In this document: positions 1-10,800 of the stretch, one piece after another
Position numbering within the stretch: position 1 is the stretch's first letter
How the letters are laid out: every line of letters begins with the position of its first letter
Assembly (NCBI GenBank): GCA_049472315.1
Contig: JBLIRN010000033.1
Location: forward strand, 1-34,481
Reading direction: 5' to 3'
DNA from: a bacterium
GTDB lineage: Bacteria; SZUA-182; DTGQ01; JAFGSM01
DNA length: 34,481 nt
Notes under the pieces: model-generated
Seen by the model: only the letters and a program-made list of their open reading frames with translations
Database searches by the model: none
Told to the model about the DNA's origin: nothing
Made by a program: the position numbers and the translations under genes

Positions 1-1369
1 GGTTCTTCCATGCACCTATCTCGGCGGAGTGAAACAGGGAGGAGATGTCCGCCGAGTCGTCGAACACCCACGAGGCGAAGACCACATCAAAGTCGTTGTT
101 GAGGAAGACGTCCTCCTTCCAGGCGAGCCATTCCTTGAATTCCACGTTGATGTGCACGCCGATCTTCTCCAGGTAATTCTTGAAGGCGAGCACCACCCGC
201 TTGACCGCCTCGCTCTCCTTTTCGATGGGCACCTTCAGCGTGAGGGAGAGCTCCTGCCCGCCCTTTTCCATGATCCCGTTCGTCCCCAGGCTAAATCCCG
301 CCTCCTTCAGCAGCCCGATGGCCTTCTCCGGGTCGTAGGTGATGGGCTGCACATCCAGATTGTACGCCCAGCTTCCCGGTGCAAAAGGGCCGGAGACAAT
401 GGTCCCCTGGCCGTTGAAGAAGGAATCGAGCATCTCCTGCCTGTTCACCGCATAGGTGAAGGCCTTTCTCACCCGCTTGTCCGCAATGAGCGGGTTGCGA
501 TGGTTGTAACCGAAGAAGGAGTACGAGAGGGCGTTGTACGGCTGCAGCACGAATCGCTTATCGCCCTGGATCTCGGGGATGTCCCTGGGATTCACCAGCA
601 CGATCATGTCGATGGCGTTGAACATCAGGGCCTGGCCCATGATGTTCTGATCGGCGAATGGCTTGGCCACGAACCGGTCGATATACGGCCTGCCCTTGAA
701 GTAGTGCTCATTGGCAACCAGGACCAGCTCGTTGTCGGTGGTGATGTTCTGGAGCATGTACGGTCCTGTTCCGATGGGCCGGTGCACGAAGGGGTCCTCC
801 CGGGTCAGGTACTCGGAGTTGCCCGGTCCGTGCTTGGGGATGATCTTGAAGCTGAACTTGGCCAGGGCATTGAGTATGGGTCGCTTGAGCTCGAACTGCA
901 CCGTGTAATCGTCGATCTTTCTTGTCTCCCTGATGAATTCATAGCGCACCTTGAGGGAGGTGATGGTCTTGGGGTGCATCATGATGTTGTACGTAAAGAG
1001 CACATCATCGGCGGTGAAGGGCTTCGGCTCCTCCTCCTCTCCCCGGGGATGCCAGGTGACATCCTTGCGCAGGTAGAAGGTGTAGGTAAGGCCGTCCTCC
1101 CCTATATCCCACTGCTCCGCCAGGTCGGGGACGATCTCCTGCCGCTCGTCGATGGTCACCAGGCCGTTGAACAGCAGCTCGGTTATCCTCAAGGAGATCA
1201 TGTCGTTGCCGGTGATGGGATCCAGTATGGCCGGCCTGCCGTATTCACCATAGTTGAGCAGTCCCCCATTCTGGCCTTCACCCCCCTTTTCCATCGCCCC
1301 TGTGCGGGGCACCGCCATAATGCCCATGACCAACAGCACAACCAGCAGTACGCACGATACGCGTTTCAT
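1..1369 (-). CDS. ABC transporter substrate-binding protein, family 5 (OppA/DppA-like); 3' end beyond the window
   Basis: Manual translation from ATG at 1369 (GAGGGG SD-like motif upstream): signal peptide MKRVSCVLLVVLLVMGIMAV, then LDPI...LFNGLV...IVPDLAEQW, FYLRKDVTWH...FTADDVLFTY, PIGTGPY, KRVRKAFTYAVNR, YDPEKA. It is absent from the ORF track because no stop lies in the window. Confidence 0.9.
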   Translation of the reverse strand, partial: MKRVSCVLLVVLLVMGIMAVPRTGAMEKGGEGQNGGLLNYGEYGRPAILDPITGNDMISLRITELLFNGLVTIDERQEIVPDLAEQWDIGEDGLTYTFYLRKDVTWHPRGEEEEPKPFTADDVLFTYNIMMHPKTITSLKVRYEFIRETRKIDDYTVQFELKRPILNALAKFSFKIIPKHGPGNSEYLTREDPFVHRPIGTGPYMLQNITTDNELVLVANEHYFKGRPYIDRFVAKPFADQNIMGQALMFNAIDMIVLVNPRDIPEIQGDKRFVLQPYNALSYSFFGYNHRNPLIADKRVRKAFTYAVNRQEMLDSFFNGQGTIVSGPFAPGSWAYNLDVQPITYDPEKAIGLLKEAGFSLGTNGIMEKGGQELSLTLKVPIEKESEAVKRVVLAFKNYLEKIGVHINVEFKEWLAWKEDVFLNNDFDVVFASWVFDDSADISSLFHSAEIGAWKN

Positions 1370-1427
1370 GGTTTCCCCTCCCTTTGTGTGATATGAACCA
1401 TTCCGGAGCAATTGCCCGGTATCCTGA

Positions 1428-2936
1428 TTAAAATATCTTGACATCACCTGCGCTCCTCTCCTCCATTGAATATACCCCCTGCAGCGCGACCTGGATCTGA
1501 CGCACCGCCGGAAAATGGGCGCTCATGGCGAAGTAGATCTCCAGCGCCTCGGAGAATTGCCTGGTGCGGTAGTATGCCTCCGCAAGATTGACCAGCATCA
1601 GGGGGTCATTGTATTCGATCCTGTTTTTGTTCCCCTTGTCCCGGCCGGCCTCCATGAACACGAGCGCCTTGTCGTGGTCCTTCCTTTCCATGTAGTACTT
1701 GCCGAGCGCGAACAGCACGGCGGAAAGCCGTTTTCCCTCCCCCTGCTCGGTCAGGACCGTCGCCCTGGTCACCGCCTCCGGGCTCTCGATATTCAACCTG
1801 CTGCACGTGAGGAGGATATCCGCAAGGATAAAGGGATCCGCATGCTCCCTGGTCAGGGTGTTCAAAACGGCAAGTGCGTCGGCCTTACCCCCGTTCCGGT
1901 AACGGTTGGCAGCCTGCCGTACTTGGGCCATGCATTTGTACTGCTCGGACATGGAGGCAGATGAGATGAACACATCGGTCATTGCAATGGAGCGGTCGAC
2001 ATCGCCGGTCAGGGCATACGCCTCGCCCAGGTAGTAGCGGGCCGCATCCTGCACCTTCGGGTCGGTCAAGGCCTTTTCCAGGTATTCCACACTCGCCTTG
2101 CCGTAGAACTGGGAAAGGACCCTGAGCAGGGCCAGGTCGTAGAAGCGGATCACCTTGTGTGCGGCAGGGGACTCCTCAAAGGAACACGTCATCATATCCG
2201 CTTGCCTAAGCAGTTCGATCCCCTTTCCGATCCGTCCGGTGCCCCCGTATACCCCGATGGCATTGGCAAGGAGCCGCATGGACGGGACACCGCCAGATGC
2301 CTCCACCATGGCAAGCGCCCTTTCCACCATTGCCGCGGGGTCCTTCTGTACAAGCCCTGCTGCGCAGTATGCAGCGGCAATCTCGGAGAGCACCTCCGGG
2401 TCTGCCTGGTCAATGCCGGCCCAGAGCTTCAGCGCATCCTGCCGTTTGCCCTGTTCATATAAGGCGGCACCGAGACCCACCCGGGCAATGGCCATGTAGG
2501 TGGCATTAACCCCCTTGGCTGCGAGGAATTTTTTGAAACAGGCAGCGGCCTTTTCCGGGTTCCCTGCCTCCAGGAGTGTCTCGCCCAAAAAGAGGTCCAC
2601 AAACCTGCTCCTGTCCTTCCCTTTCTGCGCAGATAACCTGGTGAAATAGTCGAGGTGCACGAAAACGGATGCACGAGACAGCTCTCGATACAGCTCGGCA
2701 TTTTTCAGGCAGGCCATCCCCGTGGTGAGATAGAGCCGTCCCTGCTCACCCGCCTTGGCCTCGGACAGAAGCGTAACCAGCATACCCGCAGCCTCTTCGT
2801 ACCGGTGCCGCGCATACAGATCCATGCCGCGCTTGAGGGGGTCCTCAGCCGAATGCAGGGGCGTGCAGAGAAAGGACATCACAAGAATACTTGCACACAC
2901 CCATTTCATACAGTTTTGTTTCACCATGGCAGTCAT
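1428..2936 (-). CDS. Exported tetratricopeptide-repeat (TPR) protein
   Basis: ORF 1428..2969; start moved to ATG 2936, which overlaps the upstream TGA (ATGA). N-terminal signal peptide and several TPR-like helices (LFLGETLLEAGNPEKAAACF, YYLGEAYALTGDVDRS, NLAEAYYRTRQFSEALEIY). Confidence 0.85.
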   Translation of the reverse strand: MTAMVKQNCMKWVCASILVMSFLCTPLHSAEDPLKRGMDLYARHRYEEAAGMLVTLLSEAKAGEQGRLYLTTGMACLKNAELYRELSRASVFVHLDYFTRLSAQKGKDRSRFVDLFLGETLLEAGNPEKAAACFKKFLAAKGVNATYMAIARVGLGAALYEQGKRQDALKLWAGIDQADPEVLSEIAAAYCAAGLVQKDPAAMVERALAMVEASGGVPSMRLLANAIGVYGGTGRIGKGIELLRQADMMTCSFEESPAAHKVIRFYDLALLRVLSQFYGKASVEYLEKALTDPKVQDAARYYLGEAYALTGDVDRSIAMTDVFISSASMSEQYKCMAQVRQAANRYRNGGKADALAVLNTLTREHADPFILADILLTCSRLNIESPEAVTRATVLTEQGEGKRLSAVLFALGKYYMERKDHDKALVFMEAGRDKGNKNRIEYNDPLMLVNLAEAYYRTRQFSEALEIYFAMSAHFPAVRQIQVALQGVYSMEERSAGDVKIF

Positions 2937-4468
2937 TCCTTTAACCGTGCGATGTACACATGATCCCACTGCTCCACCTGGGCACGGAAGGCAACGGCCC
3001 CTTCAGCCGAGCAGGTGACATCATGGTTCATCCTGGTGTCTGTTGTAAGGAGGACAGAGGTCCCCTTCTCGATATCCATCACATAGAGGGGATTGTATGC
3101 CTTTCGGTCGTTCTTCACATAGATGATCCGCTTACTGTCCGGCATCCACGCGGGTCCCCGCTCTATGTCCGGGACTACGTTCCGTGCCACCACCTTCGCG
3201 GTAAGCCCCTCACCATCAGAAGGGTCCGATCCATCGGCTGCAAGCACGATGATGCACCAGGTCCGCGGATCATTTTCCGGATTGTAATTGGAATAAAAGG
3301 CGATCCGTTTGCCGTCCGGAGACCATATCGGTCGCAGGTCGTCATGCGCCCAGTTGGTGAGGGCCTTCAGCGTCTCCGTGGGCCTGGATACATCGCCGAT
3401 CAGATAGATATCGTGATTCTCATTGCTCCCGTAGAGCATGACCAGGCTCTTCCCGTCCGGCGACCACTGGGGATAGAGATACTCCTTGGCGCCCTGGGTG
3501 AGCCTTGTGGTATACCGGTTTTCAATCTCCATGAGATAGACGTCCGCCTTGCCCGATCGGCCGGAGACAAACGCAAGATGGCCGCCGCCCGGAGACCACT
3601 GGGCGTGCCCGTCCTTACCCCCGTGATCGGTCAGCCTGGTGGTGACGGCGCTTCCCAAATCGCACAGGTAGAGATCATAGTTGCCGCCCCCGCCGTTGCT
3701 CATGAACACGAATCGGTCCCCGCCGGGAGACCAGCTTATGCCCGAATTGTAGCTCACCTCTTCGAACACGCCGGGGAAGAAAAAGTCCATCTCGTCCTCT
3801 GAATCCGATGACTGAAGGTATATGGTCTGCACCAGAGAGCCGTCCGGCCGGAGGATGACGATCTCCTTCCGTTCACCGATGCTGCGTTCGTAGGCAATCA
3901 TTGCTCCGTTCGGTGACCACACCGGATTGGAGTCGTTGTGCCCGCGCTCGATGCTGGTGAGGGATCGCACGTACAGCGGCCGGAGCACCTGATCGAGGGC
4001 ATAAACCTCCTGCGCAGGAAGAGGCTCGCCGACTACATCCCCCTCACCTTCCAGGGATGCACTGCCGGTCTCCGGCTCCTGCCCGATCTCGGCACCCTTC
4101 CCATCAATCACCCCTGTCACGTCACCGCTGGTTTCGCCGGCCCCTTCTTCGGGATTTATGTTCACATTCCGTCGCTCGGGGCGGTCGGAAACGGAAGGGG
4201 GGTCCGTGGAATCAGGCCCTGGCATGTCCCCTTCCTCCACCTTATGGATGCCGCAGGGGCCTCCCAAAACACGACGCCCTATGGAGCAGATCGGCTCCCC
4301 CTCGGACATGCCCGTATCGCTCCCCTCCTCAACCGATCCCTCGCCCTGCAGGATCGATTGCATCATGGTGTACTCAGGGATCGGCAGGTACGCCCGCCCC
4401 GTAACCGGGATGAGCATGAGGAGCGCACCTGCGGCGCACCACAGAAGCCATGTTCGTGCCCTGCTCAC
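2933..4468 (-). CDS. TolB-like PD40/WD40 beta-propeller protein with signal peptide and acidic linker
   Basis: Repeated WSPxG motifs (PVWSPNG, ISWSPGG, AQWSPGG, PQWSPDG, PIWSPDG, PAWMPDS). Probable GTG start at 4468 after a GGAGG SD. No pal/tolQRA in the window, so it is not called tolB. Confidence 0.85.
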   Translation of the reverse strand: MSRARTWLLWCAAGALLMLIPVTGRAYLPIPEYTMMQSILQGEGSVEEGSDTGMSEGEPICSIGRRVLGGPCGIHKVEEGDMPGPDSTDPPSVSDRPERRNVNINPEEGAGETSGDVTGVIDGKGAEIGQEPETGSASLEGEGDVVGEPLPAQEVYALDQVLRPLYVRSLTSIERGHNDSNPVWSPNGAMIAYERSIGERKEIVILRPDGSLVQTIYLQSSDSEDEMDFFFPGVFEEVSYNSGISWSPGGDRFVFMSNGGGGNYDLYLCDLGSAVTTRLTDHGGKDGHAQWSPGGGHLAFVSGRSGKADVYLMEIENRYTTRLTQGAKEYLYPQWSPDGKSLVMLYGSNENHDIYLIGDVSRPTETLKALTNWAHDDLRPIWSPDGKRIAFYSNYNPENDPRTWCIIVLAADGSDPSDGEGLTAKVVARNVVPDIERGPAWMPDSKRIIYVKNDRKAYNPLYVMDIEKGTSVLLTTDTRMNHDVTCSAEGAVAFRAQVEQWDHVYIARLKE

Positions 4469-4487
4469 AGCGGTGATCCCTCCCTCT

Positions 4488-7070
4488 TTATATGAGATCC
4501 TGGATCTGCGACCAGTAGGTCTCTGCAGCTTCACGCATCTTCATGAAGGTGCTGTTCTCCTTAAGATTCTCGGGAAAGAAATCGAAGTATTCCCTCCAGG
4601 CCAGGTCGGCGTTCTCGAGGATGGACGCCTTCTTGGTAACCAGATAGAGCTTGTTCAGGGAGATAGCAAGGTAGTAGTAGGTATCATGCAATGCCTCGTC
4701 GTAGTAAGCAGCGGGGAAAAAGCGGGTATTCTGCTTGGCAACCTGGAGGTTCTTGATCGCCTTGGCAAAACACTGCGCAGCGGATTCCCTGTTGGCGGTG
4801 ACCAGCGTGTCACCCTTTTCATAGTATGCATGCCCAAGATTGGTGTGGGTCACCGCAAACTGCTTGTAGATGAGCTGTTCGTTCTCGGGCAGGGTAAGCA
4901 CATTTTCGAACTCCCGGATGGCGGCATCATAATCATCCCGCTCATCCATATAGAGTCTTCCCAGCCTGCAGCGGATGACCGAGTAATCGGGGTGACCCTT
5001 TTCCGCATTGAGATAGGAGGCAATGGCGGCATCCATGTCCCCCTCCTCCTCTTCGCGCTCCCCGATCCTGAGATAATCCCTGAACAGTCGTATCCGGTTG
5101 TTCCCGGTGCAATCCACCACCTTTTCATTGAACTCCATGATTTCCTGCCAATCCCGGAAATCACCCCCTGCGGAGAGAAGCACCCGGTGAAAACCGAAAC
5201 CAACCCCCTTTCCCTCCAGGAGCGGGGTGGTGCCGAGCTTTTCCTCATCCACGAACACCTGGGCGGAGGAGGGCTCGGATTCCACTCTGAACAGTGCATT
5301 GTTCACCTGAAGAACGAATTCCTTGACCCCCTTCTCCTGATCGATCCGGATCTCGTCGCTCACCCGCTGATACCCGTGCCGGTACACCACCACATCGTAG
5401 CTTTTTCCCAGACGTATGGGGATGACCACCTTACCGTCGCCGCCGGTGGTGCCCACCCATCTGTCCTCCAGGTAGACATTGACGCCCGGCAGCGGGTTCA
5501 CATCAGGCGGCAGTCCCCCCTTTGCCACAATGATGCAACTGTTTTTGGCCTCCCGCATCTCCTCGTCCCGGTAGAGAATGCGGACCACCTTGTCGCCGAT
5601 GTTGACCGATTCATCCTTGTTCAGGCTGTCGATCTCAACCCATGACCGCGCGGAGGCCGTATTGTTCACCCTTAGGGTACCGGCATCCCTGTATCCGGTG
5701 ATCTTTCCCGACTTGTCCGTGGTGGGGCTCATGAGCGCAAACCGCATGCCGCTCCCGATCTTGTAGTCGTTTCTCCCCAGGTTGATCTCGTAATTCCCGC
5801 CTTTTTCAGCGGTAACGATCGTCCCCTCGAAGGGAAACTGATCAAGGATATTCCGGACAATCTGTTTTGCAGTGTTCTTGATGTCCTTATCACCCCGCGC
5901 GGTATTGATCTGGCTGAGGAGAAGCTTCCCATTGGAGGTATAGACCTTGGTTTCGATGGTCATATCACCTGCCTCCATCGCCACGCTGCCAAGGATGATC
6001 ATATCCACGGTCGCGATGAGAGGGGTGTCCTGCCATCCGGTGGTGATGACTTCCCCGCTATCCAACTTGGCCTGCTTCATCTTTTCCTTAAGCTCCGCCG
6101 TGGGGACCTCCTTGAAGCTGAAGTAGGTGAAGAGGTTGTTTCCCACCGCCTCCTCGATCCTCAACAGGGTCCCGGTGATGTCTTCTTCCGGGGTATTGCT
6201 GACATATCCGTAGATACCCACCCGGATCGGTTTGGGTTTGGCCTGGTAGAAGAACCGCTGGATGGTTTTCCTCCCTTCCAATGCAACGGACGTCTTCCAG
6301 GTGGAGGGGATATACCCCTCGGCTGCAAGCTCGAGGGTCATCTTCTTTCCTGGTGCGCCATTCCAGACATAGGTGAACGCACCCTTGTCATTGGTTTTCC
6401 CCACCCTCTTCTTTCCTATGCTCACCGCGACATCGGGGATACCCTTCTCCATGCCGTATTCGTCGGTGAGGGCGGCGATGGTGAGCACCGCCTCCTTGCT
6501 GAGGGGGACATCTAACCGCTGGCCCGGTTCAAACGCCACGGTTTTCTTCCACGTGGAGTACCCCTTCTTGCTCACATGCACGAGGAATCCCTTCTTCGGC
6601 ATGGTCGTATAGGTATAGCGGACCTCGCCCTTCTCATCCGTTGCCCCCGCCTTTTTGCTGCCGATGGTGACGGAGACACCTGCAAGGGGATTCCCCTTTT
6701 CCGCCACCGCAAGGGTGACATACTTGGTAGCGGTGAAATCCACCTGAAATGAATATCTGTCCACCCCCCCCTTGGGAGGGATTTTCATAATGAAGGTTTC
6801 CTTCCAGGGTTCGATCTCGTATCCCGGCGCCTCCATGAGCGCAGAGACCTGCACCTCCCTCCCCGGCTTCCGTTTGATCAGCTTTACAAATTGCCCGTTC
6901 TCATCAGTCGCCCCCTCCTCCATCTCGTCGACCAGGATTCTGGCATTCGCTGCTGGTTTGCCATCGAGGACGGCCTTTACCTCAAGTTCGAGCCCCTTCC
7001 TGCGCGCGCAGGAAAAAAGCATAAGCGATGCAAGCAGGACAACAAAAAGTTTTCCCTTGTGCATGGCCAT
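4488..7070 (-). CDS. Large multi-domain lipoprotein: prealbumin/Ig-like repeats, CsgG/TolB-N/FlgT-like segment, PEGA domain(s), C-terminal TPRs
   Basis: AGGAGG SD 6 nt before ATG 7070; lipobox LFS-C; repeated 'G.Td..G' beta-sandwich units; PEGA-like VESEPSSAQVFVDEEKLGTTPL; TPR-like RLGRLYMDERDDYDAAIREF and NLGHAYYEKG. Confidence 0.8.
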   Translation of the reverse strand: MAMHKGKLFVVLLASLMLFSCARRKGLELEVKAVLDGKPAANARILVDEMEEGATDENGQFVKLIKRKPGREVQVSALMEAPGYEIEPWKETFIMKIPPKGGVDRYSFQVDFTATKYVTLAVAEKGNPLAGVSVTIGSKKAGATDEKGEVRYTYTTMPKKGFLVHVSKKGYSTWKKTVAFEPGQRLDVPLSKEAVLTIAALTDEYGMEKGIPDVAVSIGKKRVGKTNDKGAFTYVWNGAPGKKMTLELAAEGYIPSTWKTSVALEGRKTIQRFFYQAKPKPIRVGIYGYVSNTPEEDITGTLLRIEEAVGNNLFTYFSFKEVPTAELKEKMKQAKLDSGEVITTGWQDTPLIATVDMIILGSVAMEAGDMTIETKVYTSNGKLLLSQINTARGDKDIKNTAKQIVRNILDQFPFEGTIVTAEKGGNYEINLGRNDYKIGSGMRFALMSPTTDKSGKITGYRDAGTLRVNNTASARSWVEIDSLNKDESVNIGDKVVRILYRDEEMREAKNSCIIVAKGGLPPDVNPLPGVNVYLEDRWVGTTGGDGKVVIPIRLGKSYDVVVYRHGYQRVSDEIRIDQEKGVKEFVLQVNNALFRVESEPSSAQVFVDEEKLGTTPLLEGKGVGFGFHRVLLSAGGDFRDWQEIMEFNEKVVDCTGNNRIRLFRDYLRIGEREEEEGDMDAAIASYLNAEKGHPDYSVIRCRLGRLYMDERDDYDAAIREFENVLTLPENEQLIYKQFAVTHTNLGHAYYEKGDTLVTANRESAAQCFAKAIKNLQVAKQNTRFFPAAYYDEALHDTYYYLAISLNKLYLVTKKASILENADLAWREYFDFFPENLKENSTFMKMREAAETYWSQIQDLI

Positions 7071-7156
7071 GATGCGCCTCCTTCGGATCAATGGATCCCT
7101 GGGGGATACCCTTCCGGGATCAAATGTGTGTCATTGGTTGGTCAATGGACGCTCCC

Positions 7157-7612
7157 CTACATAAGGGGCGGTTGTATATTGACTTCCCCCGGATTGATTA
7201 TCTTGTCTTCATCCGAACGGGATGATTTGATGGACGTGCGTTTTCCCTCCTGGATTTGTTTGAGGGTCAGATGCACCTCCTCAGCCGAGCAGCATCCCAG
7301 CTCCACGGTCCTCGTCTCGGTCATATACCCGATCCTGTTCGCCTCCACCTTATAGGTACCGGGTTTCAAGCCGCTCTTCGGGGACTCGAATCGTCCTGCC
7401 TCATCAACAAGCGCCGAAAAGGAGGCCTCTTCCAACGGGACGGTGGTGTTGATCATATTGACCACGGTGCCTTTGGGGCTTTCTCCGGCCACCGGTGTCA
7501 GGCTGCTGTCGAGCAGTTGCACCGTTCCGTGAATTGCGGGTGAACACCCGATAAGGCAGACAATGAGAAGGATTCCTACTCCATACATCAAAACACTCAG
7601 TCTCCGTGCCAT
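7157..7612 (-). CDS. Small lipoprotein with carboxypeptidase-regulatory-like (prealbumin-fold) domain
   Basis: AGGAGG SD; lipobox LIG-C; pattern IHGTV...VDEAGRF...LKPGTYKVEANRIGY is typical of CarboxypepD_reg-like domains. Confidence 0.8.
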   Translation of the reverse strand: MARRLSVLMYGVGILLIVCLIGCSPAIHGTVQLLDSSLTPVAGESPKGTVVNMINTTVPLEEASFSALVDEAGRFESPKSGLKPGTYKVEANRIGYMTETRTVELGCCSAEEVHLTLKQIQEGKRTSIKSSRSDEDKIINPGEVNIQPPLM

Positions 7613-7843
7613 AACGTTCCCTCCTGTCCTTACATGGACCTTGGTTTAACAATCCCCTCATGGTTTTCATTCAATCGAGGTATAGATATATATTATGGTA
7701 TGCTTACTAATCTATTCGGACATTTTTATGAAATCTTTGGGGGGAAAATGACAACCGCTCACTTCATGGTGGGAATAGGGCATAATTATTTGAGGGCAAA
7801 TCCTCACAAAGGGTGGGAAGGTCCAGGGAGACCGGAGGGGTTG

Positions 7844-10800
7844 TTACTGCACCGCCTCTGCGAATCCCTCCTTCTTTTGAGGGATGGAGGCGGCGTAAAA
7901 ATCCTGGGCCTGGTCTATCCTCACGGAGACGATCTTGGACACGCCCGGTGTCTCCATGGTGATGCCGTAGATGGAATCCACACTCATCATGGTGCGCTTG
8001 CAATGGGTGATGATGATGAACTGGGTCTTCTCCTTCATATCCTGGATAAGGCGGACGAACCGGTCCACGTTCGTCTCGTCCAGGGGGGCGTCCACCTCGT
8101 CAAGGATGCAGAAGGGGCTCGGCTTGAGCTGGTACACCGCCAGCATGAGGGCAAGGGCGGTGAGCGCCTTTTCCCCGCCGGAGAGCAGGTCGATGCGCTG
8201 CAGCCTTTTGCCCGGCGGCTGGGCCACAATGTGGATGCCTGCCTCCAGGCAATCCATGCCCTCCTCCAGGCGAAGTTCCGCCTGTCCGCCCTCGAACAGA
8301 CGGGAGAATATCGCATGAAAATGCCCGTTGATCTGGTGAAAGGCATCCTGGAAGAGCTCCCGTGAGGTTGCATTGATCTCCTTGATGATCGACCTGAGCG
8401 AATCGAGGGCATTCTGGAGGTCGGCGGTCTGACGGGTGAGAAACTGGAACCGCTCGTCCACGCCCTGGAATTCCTCGATCGCGGCAAGGTTGACCGACCC
8501 GAATCGCTGCATGCGCTCCTTGAGCCTATCAAGCCGTGCCATGAGGTCCTTCACCTCGGATTCATGGGATTCGATCTCCTCCTGCGAGGCGGCGCCCTGC
8601 TCAGGACATGCGGGGAATGACTTGTGCAGCTCCTCCAGCCGGGTGCGCCACTCGGCAGCCTCCACCTCCCGGGCCTTGAGGTGTTTCCGGATCTCGTCCA
8701 GGTCTCGGCGTATGGACTTGAGCCCCTCCTCGAGATCGATCACCCGCTCCTTTGCCTGGTTGAACAGGCCCCTGACCCGTTCCAGGTCCTCCTGCTGCTT
8801 GATGACCATATCCCTGCACCGGGGGATCTGGGTGTCCAGCCGGGCGCACTCCGTGTTGATCTCCTCAATCCTCGCCTTGATCCCCTGAATCTCCCGCTCA
8901 ACCCGGTCGAGATCCCTCTCGCGCTCCGAATGGGCGAGTCCCGCATTCTTGCGCTCCCGGTCGAAGGAGCGAATGCGCTCCTTGAGGGAGGCAAGGGCGA
9001 TCCCCTCGTCCATGTAAGTCTGATGAAGGGCCTGCTGATCCTTCTGCACGCGGCCCCACGATTGCTCCCACGCGGGTATCTCGCCCTGGATACGGGTTAT
9101 CTCCTTGTCAATATCCCTTTCACGCTCCTCTTCGCGCGTTATGGACTGCAGGAGGCCGGCACGATCCTTCTCCAGTTGCCGTATGTCCGAAAGGAGCCGC
9201 TTCTTGCGTCGATCGATGCCCTCCACCTCCCCGTTTTGATATCGCAGGTCCCGGTCGGCATCCCGGAGCCGGTGATCATATCTCTGTATCTCCGCCCTGA
9301 GATCGGCGATCCTTCGATCGCACTCCTTCCGTGCCTCGGAAAGGCGCCCCTGTTCTGTGAGAAGGCCATCCAGGCTGGTCGATTCTTGGGCCAGTTGGGC
9401 CCCGATCTCCTGGATCTCCCGTGCACGGCTCAGGAGCCCCCCCGAAGGGTGCTCGCTCCCGCCGCCGAACAGGGAGCCGTCCGGCCGGATGATATCGCCG
9501 GACAGGGAAACGAAGCGCCACTGCGCGGGATTCTGCCGTTCCATGTCCAGGCCCGACTCGAAGTCCTTGACGATCAGGATGTCCTCGAGGAGACGGACAA
9601 AGAGGTGATGGTATTTCTCGGGAAAGCGGACCAGATCGATCAGCCTGCCGACGAACCCCGGATGGGACCGAAGGGGGGGAGGGACTTCCCGGATATCCGA
9701 GGATCGCTCGATGGAAACGGGGATAAAGGTTGCCTTCCCCTTTTCACCCGATCTGAGTTCACGGATCATGGCCAGGGCGTTCTCCCTCGATTCGTAGGGT
9801 ATCCCCTGGAGCTCGTCCCCCAGAACACTTTCCAGGGCATGCTCGTACCGCTCCTCCGTGCTGATGAGGTGGGCGATGGTCCGGGCCGCGCCGTTTTCCA
9901 AAAGGTGCCGGACCGCGGACCGGTACCCCTCGAACCTCTGTTCCAATTCCTCAAGGTGCGCCTTACGATGCCTCAACCGGGCACACACCTCCTGCTGCTT
10001 CTCGATCCGTGAGGAGAGGTCGCGCAATGAGGCGGATATGCCTTCCTGCTCCGTATTCAGGCCCCTGCACACATCCTCGGCCGCCTTTATCTGGGCGGCC
10101 AGGACCTCCCGTTTCTTCCTGGCCTCCCCTATCTCCCCCTTGAGTCGTTCCTCATGCCCGGAGGCATCCCCGGCGGCCTTGGATTTCTCGGCGATCCCCT
10201 TATTCAGCTCCGTTTCCCGCACCCTGAGGTGGGAAAGATTGTTCTGAACGAGGCTCATCCGGGTGCGCGCAGCAGCGAGGCTTCTCCTCCTCTCCTCAAG
10301 CCCCTCCTGGGACTCCTTGGCCTGCCGCATGAGTGTATTCCGCTCCTCCTCGATGCCCTTCCTGCCCTCCTCCCGGGCCGCCAGTTCCTCATTCAGCCGG
10401 GCTGCCTGCTCCTCCAGGTCCCGGACGGCCTTTTTTCCCTGCTCGTTCCTGCTGCCCAGGGCATCCCGCTCCCTCTTGCATCGCTCCAGGGCCTCCTCCC
10501 TGAGCTGCCGTTCCTGCACCAGGGATTCCATCCTCTTTTCCATCTGCCGCTTCTCGGACTCCCGTTCCCAGAGATCCTTGTGCAGCCGCTCAAAGTCCGA
10601 TCCCAGGCGCGTGGATTCGAGGCGTGCCGCCTCCAACTCCGCCTCCCGACCCCTCAGGCGAACGAGCATCTCCTGCTCCTGATCGGCCAGGGCCTGGTAG
10701 CCGGCGGAGGTCCGCTCACAATGGTGGCGCAGGATTCTGCTGCGCAGGATAAGGTAGCGCTCCTCCTTTTCCCCTGCCTGCTGGCAGAGGGTCCTGTAAA

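Noticed and set aside
29..1396. 455-aa plus-strand ORF
   Set aside because: Antisense shadow of the minus-strand family-5 SBP gene; no recognisable motifs.
2933..4468. Calling this gene tolB
   Set aside because: It lacks a TolB N-terminal domain and the tolQRA/pal context.
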